Shown here piece by piece: positions 8,603 through 18,204 of a stretch of DNA of 64,000 bases; within the stretch, counting starts at the first letter, position 1; each line of letters begins with the position of its first letter. Position numbers and translations under genes: made by a program. The stretch lies in NCBI GenBank assembly GCA_038139415.1, contig JAYOSV010000001.1, positions 158,536 through 222,535 of the forward strand, given 5' to 3'. Under the pieces are notes generated by a model. The model ran no database searches. It had not been told where the DNA came from and worked only from the letters and a program-made list of their open reading frames with translations. This DNA is from Verrucomicrobiales bacterium. Its GTDB lineage: Bacteria; Verrucomicrobiota; Verrucomicrobiia; Limisphaerales; UBA1100.

Positions 8603-9724
8603 TTGCGGGAGCGTGAGGCTTTCCCTAGCGTGAGTAACACTTTGCGAGGAGGTTTATATAATAATTCACTGAAGCTGGGCATGACCGTGGTCATCTTGGG
8701 CTCGGTATTTGCCGAGGCTCAACAAGAACCGCCGCCCGTGCCGTTCCCTAAGGTGGAGCAGGAAGAACTTTTTCTGCAGGCCATCGAGGCGTTGGACACC
8801 GGTAAAACCGACACTATGGTGCAGCTGCTGGATCGCGCCGTTCCGCTGGATCCTACCAATCCCTTCGCCTATGTAAAACGCGGCCAGTTGTTTGACCTCA
8901 TTGGCAACAATTCGCGGGCGGTGGAGGATTTCAGCAAGGCTCTGGCGTATCGCCCGGCCTTTGCCGATGTCTATCAAATGCGCGGCTGCAACCAATTCAA
9001 GCTCGGCAACGTGAATGCCGCAGTGCAGGACTGGCAGGCTTTTTTGCAATTAAAACCGGACAAGGAAGCTGAGCACTGGCAGATCTGCGTAGGCTTCGCG
9101 TTGCTGGGGCATTACGAGGAAGCCCGCAAACGCTTCGATTGGCATTCCACTACCAACACACAGGATTTGGAAGTGGCCTTCTGGCATTTCCTGTGTGTGG
9201 CTCGCACGGAAGGTTTGGAGGTCGCCCGGGAAAGCATTAAATCCGCCCCGGAAGAGAAACGTGTGCCGATGACCGAATTGCATGCGTTGTTTGCTGGCAA
9301 AGGGACGGAGGCGGATGTGTGGCTGGCCGTCGAGCGTGGAACCCCGGATAAGGCGGAGCGCGCCAAACGCGAATTTTTCGCGCACTATTATTTGGGGTTG
9401 CTGCGTCAATCCGAGGGAAAACTCAATGAAGCCAAGCAATCAGTTAAAGAGGCTCTTTCAATAGCGAAAGCCAACGATGGTTTTATTGGGGATAGCCCCG
9501 GCGGCCAACTACGCGGCGGCGACATTGCTCGCGTGCATCTTCAGCAGATCGACCAACAACTCACGGAGCAGGCGGCCTGGGAAAACCGCGGGCCTGGCGG
9601 AGCCGCCACAGGGCTAGCCTATTTGGCGACCGGCGCGGGTATTATTTTGTTGATCGGCTACGCTCTGCGTCAGCAGCGCCGCCGTGATACGTCACTGGAG
9701 TTGGCCGAGAAAAGCTCGACATAA
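8603..9724 (+). CDS. NlpI-like TPR protein, paralogue of the upstream gene, with C-terminal TM helix (start uncertain: 8603/8630/8681)
   Basis: Shares DLEVAFWHFLCVAR, RVPM and FFAHYYLG with the upstream gene. C-terminal hydrophobic helix followed by RQQRRR. Confidence 0.75.
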   Translation: MREREAFPSVSNTLRGGLYNNSLKLGMTVVILGSVFAEAQQEPPPVPFPKVEQEELFLQAIEALDTGKTDTMVQLLDRAVPLDPTNPFAYVKRGQLFDLIGNNSRAVEDFSKALAYRPAFADVYQMRGCNQFKLGNVNAAVQDWQAFLQLKPDKEAEHWQICVGFALLGHYEEARKRFDWHSTTNTQDLEVAFWHFLCVARTEGLEVARESIKSAPEEKRVPMTELHALFAGKGTEADVWLAVERGTPDKAERAKREFFAHYYLGLLRQSEGKLNEAKQSVKEALSIAKANDGFIGDSPGGQLRGGDIARVHLQQIDQQLTEQAAWENRGPGGAATGLAYLATGAGIILLIGYALRQQRRRDTSLELAEKSST

Positions 9725-9755
9725 CGGGCCCGCTCAATTCACCGTGAGGCCCCCC

Positions 9756-11159
9756 ATGAGCCTGCCCACTGACATCCGATCGGTTGCTTCGGAACTTTTT
9801 TTCCTGCCCGTTCACACCCGCATGCCGTTGAAGTTTGGCGGTGAAACGGTCACTTACGTCACCTGTGCCCGCTGCCGGGTCACCGTGCGTGACGCGCAGG
9901 GGCGCACGGCGGATGGCTGGGGTGAAACTCCCCTTAGTGTTACTTGGGTTTGGCCCAGTGCGTTGTCGTATGAGGATCGGCATGAGGCGCTAAAATCGTT
10001 CTGCGAAACTCTCGCCGAAGCCTGGGCACAATTTGAGGCGAGCGGTCATCCACTGGAAGTGGGTAGCGATTTTATTGAACAACAACTGCCGGGATTGCTC
10101 GAGGCACATAATGCCGGCCGGGCGGAACCGATGCCGTGGCTGGCGGCGTTGGTGTGCAATTCGTTGTTTGATATCGCGCTGCACGATGCCTATGGCCGAC
10201 TGCATGACTGTGATATTTACGAGACCTACAATGCCCAATGGATGAACCGTTCGCTGGAGCAGTTTTTGGAGCCAGCGGACGGCACGGTCGTGGATTTCAC
10301 TGGCCAATATCCTGCCGATTATTTTGAGGGAACGGTGTCGCGACAATTACCGGCCTGGCATTTAGTCGGGGGAGTGGATCCGTTGGATGAAGGCGAACTG
10401 ACTGGTAGCGAGCCGAAGGATGAATACCCCGTGCTGCTGGCGGATTGGATTCAGACCGATGGCCTGAAATGTTTGAAGATCAAACTGCGTGGCAACGATG
10501 CCGAATGGGATTATGCGCGCGTGGTGAAAATCGGGCAAATCGCACTAGAGCACGGCGTCGATTGGTTGACCACGGATTTTAACTGCACGGTTACTGAGCC
10601 GGCTTATGTGAACGCTATTCTGGATCGCTTGTGCGCCGAGCATTCGCGCCTTTACGGGATGTTGTTGTATGTGGAACAGCCGTTTCCCTACGAGTTGGAT
10701 CGCGATCGCATTGATACGCACAGTTGCTCCGCGCGCAAACCACTGTTCCTTGATGAGAGCGCGCATGATTGGCAGCACGTGCGGCTGGGGCGCGAACTGG
10801 GTTGGACCGGCGTGGCGCTCAAGACCTGCAAAACCCAAACCGGCGCCCTCCTCAGTGCCTGTTGGGCCAAGGCGCACGGGATGACACTAATGGTGCAGGA
10901 TCTCACCAACCCCATGCTGGCGCAGGTACCGCATGTGCGATTGGCCGCGCAGGTGGGTACGATCATGGGAGTGGAAACCAATGCTATGCAGTTTTATCCG
11001 GCGGCCTCGGCGGCCGAAGCCATGGTCCATCCGGGCCTATATCAACGCCGCAATGGGGCGGTCGATTGGAGTACGGTTGCGGGCGCAGGGTTTGGTTATC
11101 GATTGGAAGAGATAGAGCGAGAACTCCCCGCGGCTGCGGCGCGCTTTGGCGAACCCTGA
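9756..11159 (+). CDS. Enolase superfamily (mandelate racemase/muconate lactonizing enzyme-like) protein
   Basis: KIK motif and the metal-ligand segments TDFN, VEQP and LDES. Start placed at MSLPTD. Confidence 0.75.
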   Translation: MSLPTDIRSVASELFFLPVHTRMPLKFGGETVTYVTCARCRVTVRDAQGRTADGWGETPLSVTWVWPSALSYEDRHEALKSFCETLAEAWAQFEASGHPLEVGSDFIEQQLPGLLEAHNAGRAEPMPWLAALVCNSLFDIALHDAYGRLHDCDIYETYNAQWMNRSLEQFLEPADGTVVDFTGQYPADYFEGTVSRQLPAWHLVGGVDPLDEGELTGSEPKDEYPVLLADWIQTDGLKCLKIKLRGNDAEWDYARVVKIGQIALEHGVDWLTTDFNCTVTEPAYVNAILDRLCAEHSRLYGMLLYVEQPFPYELDRDRIDTHSCSARKPLFLDESAHDWQHVRLGRELGWTGVALKTCKTQTGALLSACWAKAHGMTLMVQDLTNPMLAQVPHVRLAAQVGTIMGVETNAMQFYPAASAAEAMVHPGLYQRRNGAVDWSTVAGAGFGYRLEEIERELPAAAARFGEP

Positions 11160-11228
11160 TTCGGGTTGACGCCGCTTGCGGGCCTGCGATGATGCGGCCT
11201 GAAGCCATGGTCCCCGGGCCAAAACATA

Positions 11229-13772
11229 ATGCGAACTTCAATCCTACATTCCCTGATTTTCTTTCTCGCCGGCCTTTTGATGGCGCCGGAGGGCGTGGCG
11301 CAGGACGTCAAAAAAGAGGCGGAAGCCGAGACTCAATATCTGGGCGCCAACGTGTTATTTAACCGCGGCGATTACGCCCAGGCTATTGCCGCGTACGAAG
11401 GCTTCCTTAAACAATTTCCTGAACACCCAAAGGCGGCCAATGTGCGGTATGGGCTGGGCTTGTGTTATTTTCAAACCCGCAAATACCAGGAAGCCGCCAC
11501 GCTGCTGGGCAAGCTGGCAAAGCAACCCAAAGCGCCGGACGCCGCGCGGTTGAATTTATTTCGCGGCCAAGCCTTACTGATGCTCAAGCAATACGCGGAC
11601 GCCGAGGCGGCTTTTGGAGCGGGGATCCAAGCGCTGCCGGCCAATGCGGACAAGGCGCTGGAACAAAATCTCGCGATCAGCAAATTGGACGCCTTGTTTC
11701 ACCAGCAGAAATGGAAAGCCTTGGCGCCCGCTGCCGATGAGTTGGTATTGCCCGATGGAAAATCGCAGGTGCGAGTGGCGTTTCAAGGCGCACTGGCGCG
11801 GTACGAATTGGGCGAATTGCAAGAGGCGGTGCCGCGTTTGCAGAAACTGAAGGGCGTTGTGAAGGGGACGGATTACGAACAGCAAACCCATTTTCTTTTA
11901 GCCGAATCGCTGCGTGAACTGGGACAGGCTAAGGAGGCGTTGCCGGAGTATCAGGCGGCGGCCCGGTTCCAGGGCGGGTTTGCCAGCGAAGCATTGTATC
12001 GGGCGGGGGTTGTGCAATTCCAGGCGGATGATTTTGAAAAGGCGATCGCAAGTTTTGAATCTTTCATGACCCAGTACGGAGGTAAGGGCGATCCGGTGCG
12101 CGAACGGCGCGTGCAGGTTTTTCTGGGTCGCTCGCATTTGGAACAGAAGGGGTACGCCAAGGCGGAACAGGTATTTGAACCGCTCGTGAACGGTGAAGAC
12201 GGCGCAGAAGTGGCCTTGTGGCAGGGGCGCGTGTTCCAGCGGCAAGGAAAACATGCGGAGGCCGAGGCGATTGTGACGTCGGCCTTGAAACGGCACGCGG
12301 AAGATCCATTGCGGCCTGATTTGTTGTTTGATTTGGGGCAACATCAAATTAAACAACAGAAGTTTGCCGAAGCGGGCCAGTCACTGGATCAGTTGCTGCG
12401 GAAATTCAAGGAGTATGACCAGCGTGCGGATGCCGTTCGCCATAATGCCTTGTGTAAACATCGGGTAGAAGACTACGCGGCAAGCCTAGCGTTGTGCCGT
12501 GAGTTCCTAGCTGCCAACGCCGAGGCGGTGGGCGCGGCGTATATGATGTTTCTGGAAGGGGAAAACCGGTTCTTCCTCAATCAACCCAAGGAAGCGGTGG
12601 CGGCCTACATGGCCTTTATAAAGGCACATGAAGAGCACGAGCAAATCCCTGTGGCGCGTATGCGCGTGGGTGAGGCACACTTTGAGGGTAAAGAATGGGA
12701 TCAGGCGCTGGCGGTGTTTGAAAGCATTCTCAAGACCAACCCGGAAGGAGCAGTGTACGATCAGTTAGAATTTCTAATGGCCGAATGTCATTACCAGAAA
12801 AAGGATTGGGCTAGGTCGGTGGAGTTTTATGGACTGTTCACCAAGAGTAAGCCGAAATCCGTCAATGTAGACACGGCATTGATGAAAAGCGGATTGGTCA
12901 GTGAACGATTGAAACAATTCAACAACGCCATCGGTAGTTACCGAAATCTCGTGGCGCAACATGCCGGCAGTCGTCATGTGCCGCAGGCGAATATTCAATT
13001 GGGAGTGTTGTTGTATGAAGCCGGAGACATGGCGGGCGCGCGTGCGCCGTTGCAGGCCGTTTGGGATTTGGAACAGCACGACCTGCGGCCCAATGCGGGT
13101 TACTATCTGGCATGGGTGAGCTTGGGTGAAAAGAAGCCGGCGGATGCGGCGAGGCAATTCGGTGGCATCAGCGAACAGTTTCCGGGACATCAATTGGCGG
13201 CTGATGCGCGACTGCAACAGGCCATCGTGTTGGGCGCCGCCAAAGAATACGCGCAGGCGCAACAGGCGTTGGAATTATTTTTGAAAACGCACCCTAATCA
13301 TGAGATGACCGGTCAGGCATACTACCAATTGGGATCGGCTCTGATGGAGCAGAATCAATGGCCGGCCGCGATCGAGCAATTTTCCAATGTGCCGGTGAAG
13401 AACGATTGGCGGGATGACGCGCTCTATCGCTCGGCATGGTGCGAGCGGCGGGCGGGCAACAAGCCCAAAGCGATTCCGTTTTATCAGGAGCTGCTTGAGC
13501 AATTTGGCAAAAGCAATCTGGCGGGCCATGCCTTACTGGAGTTGGTGGAGTTGGAACATGAATCCGGCCAATTCGATCCGGCCATCGCCCGCTTGGAGGC
13601 TTATCTGAAAACCAATCCGGCCAATGATCAAAAATCCCAAGCGATGTACTGGCTGGGTTGGTGTTGGTACGGAAAGAAAGAGAATGAGTTGGCCAAGGCG
13701 CAATTTGCGAAGTTAAAGGAACTATTCCCCGAGAGCGCTGCGGCCAAAGCAACCCAGCCGCAGATTGATTAG
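11229..13772 (+). CDS. Large exported TPR protein (CpoB/YbgF/BamD-like repeats)
   Basis: Signal peptide (…EGVAQ) and many repeats of the type A..Y..FLKQFP.HP.A...Y.LG. Confidence 0.85.
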   Translation: MRTSILHSLIFFLAGLLMAPEGVAQDVKKEAEAETQYLGANVLFNRGDYAQAIAAYEGFLKQFPEHPKAANVRYGLGLCYFQTRKYQEAATLLGKLAKQPKAPDAARLNLFRGQALLMLKQYADAEAAFGAGIQALPANADKALEQNLAISKLDALFHQQKWKALAPAADELVLPDGKSQVRVAFQGALARYELGELQEAVPRLQKLKGVVKGTDYEQQTHFLLAESLRELGQAKEALPEYQAAARFQGGFASEALYRAGVVQFQADDFEKAIASFESFMTQYGGKGDPVRERRVQVFLGRSHLEQKGYAKAEQVFEPLVNGEDGAEVALWQGRVFQRQGKHAEAEAIVTSALKRHAEDPLRPDLLFDLGQHQIKQQKFAEAGQSLDQLLRKFKEYDQRADAVRHNALCKHRVEDYAASLALCREFLAANAEAVGAAYMMFLEGENRFFLNQPKEAVAAYMAFIKAHEEHEQIPVARMRVGEAHFEGKEWDQALAVFESILKTNPEGAVYDQLEFLMAECHYQKKDWARSVEFYGLFTKSKPKSVNVDTALMKSGLVSERLKQFNNAIGSYRNLVAQHAGSRHVPQANIQLGVLLYEAGDMAGARAPLQAVWDLEQHDLRPNAGYYLAWVSLGEKKPADAARQFGGISEQFPGHQLAADARLQQAIVLGAAKEYAQAQQALELFLKTHPNHEMTGQAYYQLGSALMEQNQWPAAIEQFSNVPVKNDWRDDALYRSAWCERRAGNKPKAIPFYQELLEQFGKSNLAGHALLELVELEHESGQFDPAIARLEAYLKTNPANDQKSQAMYWLGWCWYGKKENELAKAQFAKLKELFPESAAAKATQPQID

Positions 13773-14137
13773 GTTACTTTGTTAAAAAGTGATGGATAAC
13801 CCTGCGGGCCTCCATGGAGAAGGGGGAAATTTTTAGATAAAACCGAATTCTCATTCAGTTTTATGCTTTTTGGAGGTTTAAAATGGTGTGTTTGATTGTT
13901 TGTTAATAAGTTTATGAAAACTTCAACCTGACTAGGCGTCATATTCTACGAACATAAACAACTAGCGTTTCATATATCTGCTTTGTCGGGAATTCATGCA
14001 CACCCACCCAAAAGGCTGTATGTTGAGGCGTACGGCTGCAAGGCGGTCGTGATGACCCGCGAGAGCACAATGCCACTCCAAACATTTAAACAATTGTTGA
14101 AAGATTGGATCACCGCGCAACGTGTTTCATAACGAGC

Positions 14138-14160
14138 GGCTTCGCTCTTGGAGTGAAGCC
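14138..14160 (+). other. RNA hairpin in the leader of the TPR-exbB-exbD operon
   Basis: GGCTTCGCTC-TTG-GAGTGAAGCC, a 10-bp stem with one G-U pair. Confidence 0.5.
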
Positions 14161-14204
14161 CTCAAACCATTTTTGCCTTAAACAACGAAAACAGACCTGA
14201 GCGA

Positions 14205-16931
14205 ATGAAGACGATCCCTCAACGTATCCAAACATGGACCCGCACAGCCGGTGCCGCCCTGATGATGACCCTGTTGCTGTGCGCCGCGCCTTCCGTGAAA
14301 GCGGCTGACAAAGTTGGCGATGCCGCCTACGAAGCGGCGGCGGGTTTGTTCAACCTTGGCCTTTGGAAGCAGGCTTCAGAGTCGTACAAGGAATACTTTG
14401 CCAAACACCCGCGCCATCCGTTGGCCGCGCATGGTCACTTCGGGCTGGGCTTGTGTTACTTTAATCTCAAAGACTATGCCGCCGCCGCCAAGGAGCTGAG
14501 CCTGGCCGCCAAGGGCGAAGGCCCCAGCAAGGTGGAATCCAACCTGTACTTGGGCCAATCGTTGTTACTGAAAACCCCTTCGGCCCCCAAACCTGCGGAG
14601 TCGGCTTTTCGCAACAGCCTTCAAGCATTGGGTTTTGAGCGGACCGGCATCATTAGCCGCACTTGGGATCGCAAGAGCATTGATCTATGGTTGGAGAAAA
14701 ACACCGACAAAAAACAACAAGCTTTCGCTGCCGATGTCTTCGTCGGTTTGCTGGAATCCAGTTATCTGCAAAACGATTGGAAATCAGTCGTCAATAAAGT
14801 GGCCGCCTTTGAAGGGCTGGTGGCTGGCGCGCCGATTGAGCAGCGCGCACGGGTGTTGACGGGGGAGGCTCAGTTTAACCTGCAGGATTACGAGGCAGCG
14901 GCTAAGGCGTATGAGGCGGGTGCGAACCTGAAGGGGCGTGACTCGGGCGAAGCTTTGTTTCGGCTGGGCTTGGTGCGGCTGAATCACCTGAAGCAATACG
15001 CGGTTGCGGCCGGACATTTTAAGGACTTCAGCGCTCAACACGCTAACGATCGTAAAAAGGCCGACGCCACCTTCAATGAGGCCTTATGCTATTACCATAG
15101 CTATTACGGCGGCGAAGAAAAACATCTGGCCGATGCCATCCGGTTGTTCGACCGGTTTACCGCCGCTTATAATAAGCATGATCTAGCGGCAGTGGCGCAG
15201 TTTTACTCCGGCAAACTCCAGCATATCCGGAAGGATTGGGCGGCGGCCATCAAGCGCTTCAAGCCCTTGGTAGACAGCAAGAACCCCGCCTTGGATCAGC
15301 TCATATTTCTCTTGGGTGACAGCTATCACCAGCAGAAGGACTGGGTGAATTCCGCCAAGTACTACACGCAATTTGCCGTGGGCAACGAAAAGAAGCTCAA
15401 TGCCGATGTGGCCCTGCACAATGCCGGCGTGGCCTACAGCAATATGAGGGAGCCTGATTACAAAAATGCGATCGCCGCTTACGAACGGCTGGAGGCTCGT
15501 TGCGCTGGCAGTCCGCATGTGGCCAGTGCGCAGTTGAAGCTGGGGATTATTCATTACGAGGCTGGCCGGTTCGAGGAAGCCAAACGGCCGCTGGCCAAGA
15601 TTCCCGCCAACCATACGCTCAAAGCGGATGCCGATTATTTCTCGGCCTGGGCGGAACTGGATAACGGCAAGCCGGCCAATGCCGCGCGGAAGTTTAAGGT
15701 GCTGCGCGAACGCCTGACGCGTTCGGATGCGCAAAGCGGATTGATCGCTGAATCCCACTTGTACCAAGGTATCGCGGAATTTGAGGCACGCGAATTCGAG
15801 GCCTCCGCTCAAACGCTAGCGTCGTTTCTGAAGGCTCATGATTCCCACGAGAAAGTGGATGAAGGCGCCTTTAACCTTGGTCTGGCGCATATGGAACTCT
15901 CTCAATGGGATCAGGCCATTGGCAGCTTTGATCAGGTAGCCGCCGCTTCGCCCATTCGGGATCGGGCACTTTATCAATCGGCTTGGGGCAAACGATCGGC
16001 CGGGCAGCACGCTGATTCTATTCCGTTTTACAAAGAGCTTTTGGAGAAGCATCCGCGCAGCCAACTAGTGAACAACGCCGCGCTGGAGCTGGCCGAGGTG
16101 GAATTTGAAAACGGCGGGCCACAAGGCGGGGTCGTGGCAGCGGAGCGCCTGAAAAAACTGCTCGATCGCAAGATTGATCCGCAACTGCGCCAGCTGACCC
16201 TGTATCGCTTGGGTATTGTCCAATTCGATCTCAAAGCCTATGGCGACTCCGCGAAGGCGTTTGAGGAACTGCTCAAGGATGTGCCGAAAAACCTCGAGGT
16301 CTCCGCGGCCTGGCAGGCTGGCGAAGCTAGGCGCGAGGTCGCCCGGGCCGTCAATGGCGAGGCCAAAACCCAAGGCCTGCGCGCGGCACTGGTCAATTAC
16401 CAAACGGCGGCCGAAGCCGGCTCCGCTGGCGGCAATGATGGGGAACTGCAACTCCAGGCACTATTGCGCATTGGGGAAATGCATGCCTCACTGGAAGACT
16501 GGGACGCCTCGCAAAAATCCTACGAGAATTTCATTGCTGGAAACGGGAATCACAAACTCATCCGTACGGCGCATCTGGGATACGGCTGGTCGCTGCATAA
16601 TCAGGAAAAATATGATGAAGCGTTGGCTTCCTACCTGAAGACCGTGAAGGATGGCATTCGGGATGACACCGGTGCGCGGGCGCAATTCCTTATGGGGGAA
16701 TGTTTCCTTGAACAGAATCAACACATCAAGGCACGCACGGAATTCGCCAAGGTGGATCAGCTCTATGCCTTCCCGCAATGGCAATCCAAGGGTTTATTTG
16801 AAATGGCCCGCTCCTTTGCGCAGGAGAAACAAATCAATGAAGCCAGGACGGTGTTCAACAAGCTCATTGAAAAATATCCTGAAACGGCTTCTGCCCGGGC
16901 GGCTAAGGAAGAGCTCAACCGGCTGAACTAA
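14205..16931 (+). CDS. Large exported TPR protein, paralogue of 11229..13772
   Basis: Signal peptide, TPR repeats, and collinear similarity to the upstream TPR (GLGLCYF; ALY.SAW..R.AG....IPFY.ELLE). Confidence 0.85.
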   Translation: MKTIPQRIQTWTRTAGAALMMTLLLCAAPSVKAADKVGDAAYEAAAGLFNLGLWKQASESYKEYFAKHPRHPLAAHGHFGLGLCYFNLKDYAAAAKELSLAAKGEGPSKVESNLYLGQSLLLKTPSAPKPAESAFRNSLQALGFERTGIISRTWDRKSIDLWLEKNTDKKQQAFAADVFVGLLESSYLQNDWKSVVNKVAAFEGLVAGAPIEQRARVLTGEAQFNLQDYEAAAKAYEAGANLKGRDSGEALFRLGLVRLNHLKQYAVAAGHFKDFSAQHANDRKKADATFNEALCYYHSYYGGEEKHLADAIRLFDRFTAAYNKHDLAAVAQFYSGKLQHIRKDWAAAIKRFKPLVDSKNPALDQLIFLLGDSYHQQKDWVNSAKYYTQFAVGNEKKLNADVALHNAGVAYSNMREPDYKNAIAAYERLEARCAGSPHVASAQLKLGIIHYEAGRFEEAKRPLAKIPANHTLKADADYFSAWAELDNGKPANAARKFKVLRERLTRSDAQSGLIAESHLYQGIAEFEAREFEASAQTLASFLKAHDSHEKVDEGAFNLGLAHMELSQWDQAIGSFDQVAAASPIRDRALYQSAWGKRSAGQHADSIPFYKELLEKHPRSQLVNNAALELAEVEFENGGPQGGVVAAERLKKLLDRKIDPQLRQLTLYRLGIVQFDLKAYGDSAKAFEELLKDVPKNLEVSAAWQAGEARREVARAVNGEAKTQGLRAALVNYQTAAEAGSAGGNDGELQLQALLRIGEMHASLEDWDASQKSYENFIAGNGNHKLIRTAHLGYGWSLHNQEKYDEALASYLKTVKDGIRDDTGARAQFLMGECFLEQNQHIKARTEFAKVDQLYAFPQWQSKGLFEMARSFAQEKQINEARTVFNKLIEKYPETASARAAKEELNRLN

Positions 16932-16943
16932 GTCCACCATATC

Positions 16944-17789
16944 ATGCGATTTATGAAACACACCCTGCTTCTGTTGGTCTTCACTGCCACGCTTGGATGG
17001 TTGGCTCCGGCGGCGATGGCGCAGACCAATAACGCCGGCGGAACCACCATTGATTCCACCATCGTGGAAGACGTGCCCGACGTTGTCACCGAAGAACGCA
17101 AGACCATGTGGCAGCTGATCCGTAGCGGCGGCCTCATGATGGTGCCGTTGGGGGTCTTGATGTTATACGGGTTCTACTGTGCCGGATCGCAAGTGTACGT
17201 GATCTTGTTTACCAACGACAAATCCAAGGATAACGAGTTGTTGAATAAATTGGATCCGGTCGAAGTGGCCTACGACGATATGCCAATGATTGTGCAACAC
17301 GAAATTACCCGGCGCGAACGGGCGGCATTCCCAAAGATGGCTGAGGCCGCCTTGAACCACATTTACAGTGGCAAAGAAGGCATGACCGAAGCGTTGGAAG
17401 AGGAAGGCGCACTGCAGCTTGGCCGGCTCAAACGTGGTATCAAGCCCCTGCAGGGAGTCGTGCAGGTTGCGCCCTTGATCGGTCTGCTCGGAACGGTCTA
17501 CGGCATGATCGCCTCGTTCCAAAGCATGGGCACTGCCGGCGATGACAAAGTGAAATTTCTATCCGAGGGCATATACGAGGCCCTGGTGACCACCGCATCG
17601 GGCCTGACCATCGCGATTCCATTCCTCTTTCTTTACCTCTGGTTGAACCGAAAAACCGACGAAATTGGGGAGAATTTAAATCGACAAGCTCGTAGATTCT
17701 TGGGAGCCTTCTTTCCTGCCGAAGGAGGCGGCAGCGCATTCAAACCATCCGCACAGGAGGGAGAGGAACTGGAGGAAAGTACCTCGTGA
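16944..17789 (+). CDS. MotA/TolQ/ExbB proton channel family protein
   Basis: APLIGLLGTVYGM and EALVTTASGL motifs; N-terminal signal-like segment. Confidence 0.93.
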   Translation: MRFMKHTLLLLVFTATLGWLAPAAMAQTNNAGGTTIDSTIVEDVPDVVTEERKTMWQLIRSGGLMMVPLGVLMLYGFYCAGSQVYVILFTNDKSKDNELLNKLDPVEVAYDDMPMIVQHEITRRERAAFPKMAEAALNHIYSGKEGMTEALEEEGALQLGRLKRGIKPLQGVVQVAPLIGLLGTVYGMIASFQSMGTAGDDKVKFLSEGIYEALVTTASGLTIAIPFLFLYLWLNRKTDEIGENLNRQARRFLGAFFPAEGGGSAFKPSAQEGEELEESTS

Positions 17790-18202
17790 AGGTCATTCAG
17801 GCACAAGACGAACAGGAAACGGGGATTGATGTCGCCCCGTTGATTGATATTCTGTTTACCCTGATCATCTTTTTTCTGGTCACCACCACCTTTGAGGAGA
17901 AGGAAAAAGAAGAGGAAATCCGTCTACCCAAGCAGGGCGGGTCCTCGTTGGTGAATAAAGACCGCCCCATTTACATCAACGTTTTGCAGGACGGCTCATA
18001 CAGCGTTGGCGGAGATGTGGTCAATTTGAACGATTTGGAATTCAAACTGAAAGTGCGATTTGAAGAAAAACCCGATCAGAAACTGGTCTTGCGTGGTGAT
18101 TCCAAAGCCTTTCACGGTCAAATCGCCTCCGCATTGGATATTGCCCGGCGCGTCGGCTTCAGCAAAGCCAGCATTGCCTACGACACTCGTCCCCTAAACT
18201 AA
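17786..18202 (+). CDS. ExbD/TolR family protein
   Basis: DVAPLIDILFTLIIFFLV with the essential TM Asp, and LRGD. GTG start overlaps the exbB stop. Confidence 0.93.
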   Translation: MKVIQAQDEQETGIDVAPLIDILFTLIIFFLVTTTFEEKEKEEEIRLPKQGGSSLVNKDRPIYINVLQDGSYSVGGDVVNLNDLEFKLKVRFEEKPDQKLVLRGDSKAFHGQIASALDIARRVGFSKASIAYDTRPLN

Positions 18203-18204
18203 CC

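Noticed and set aside
13773..14204. Known riboswitch (cobalamin, TPP, c-di-GMP) upstream of the exbBD operon
   Set aside because: I could not find their conserved sequence motifs by eye. An Rfam scan would be needed to exclude them fully.
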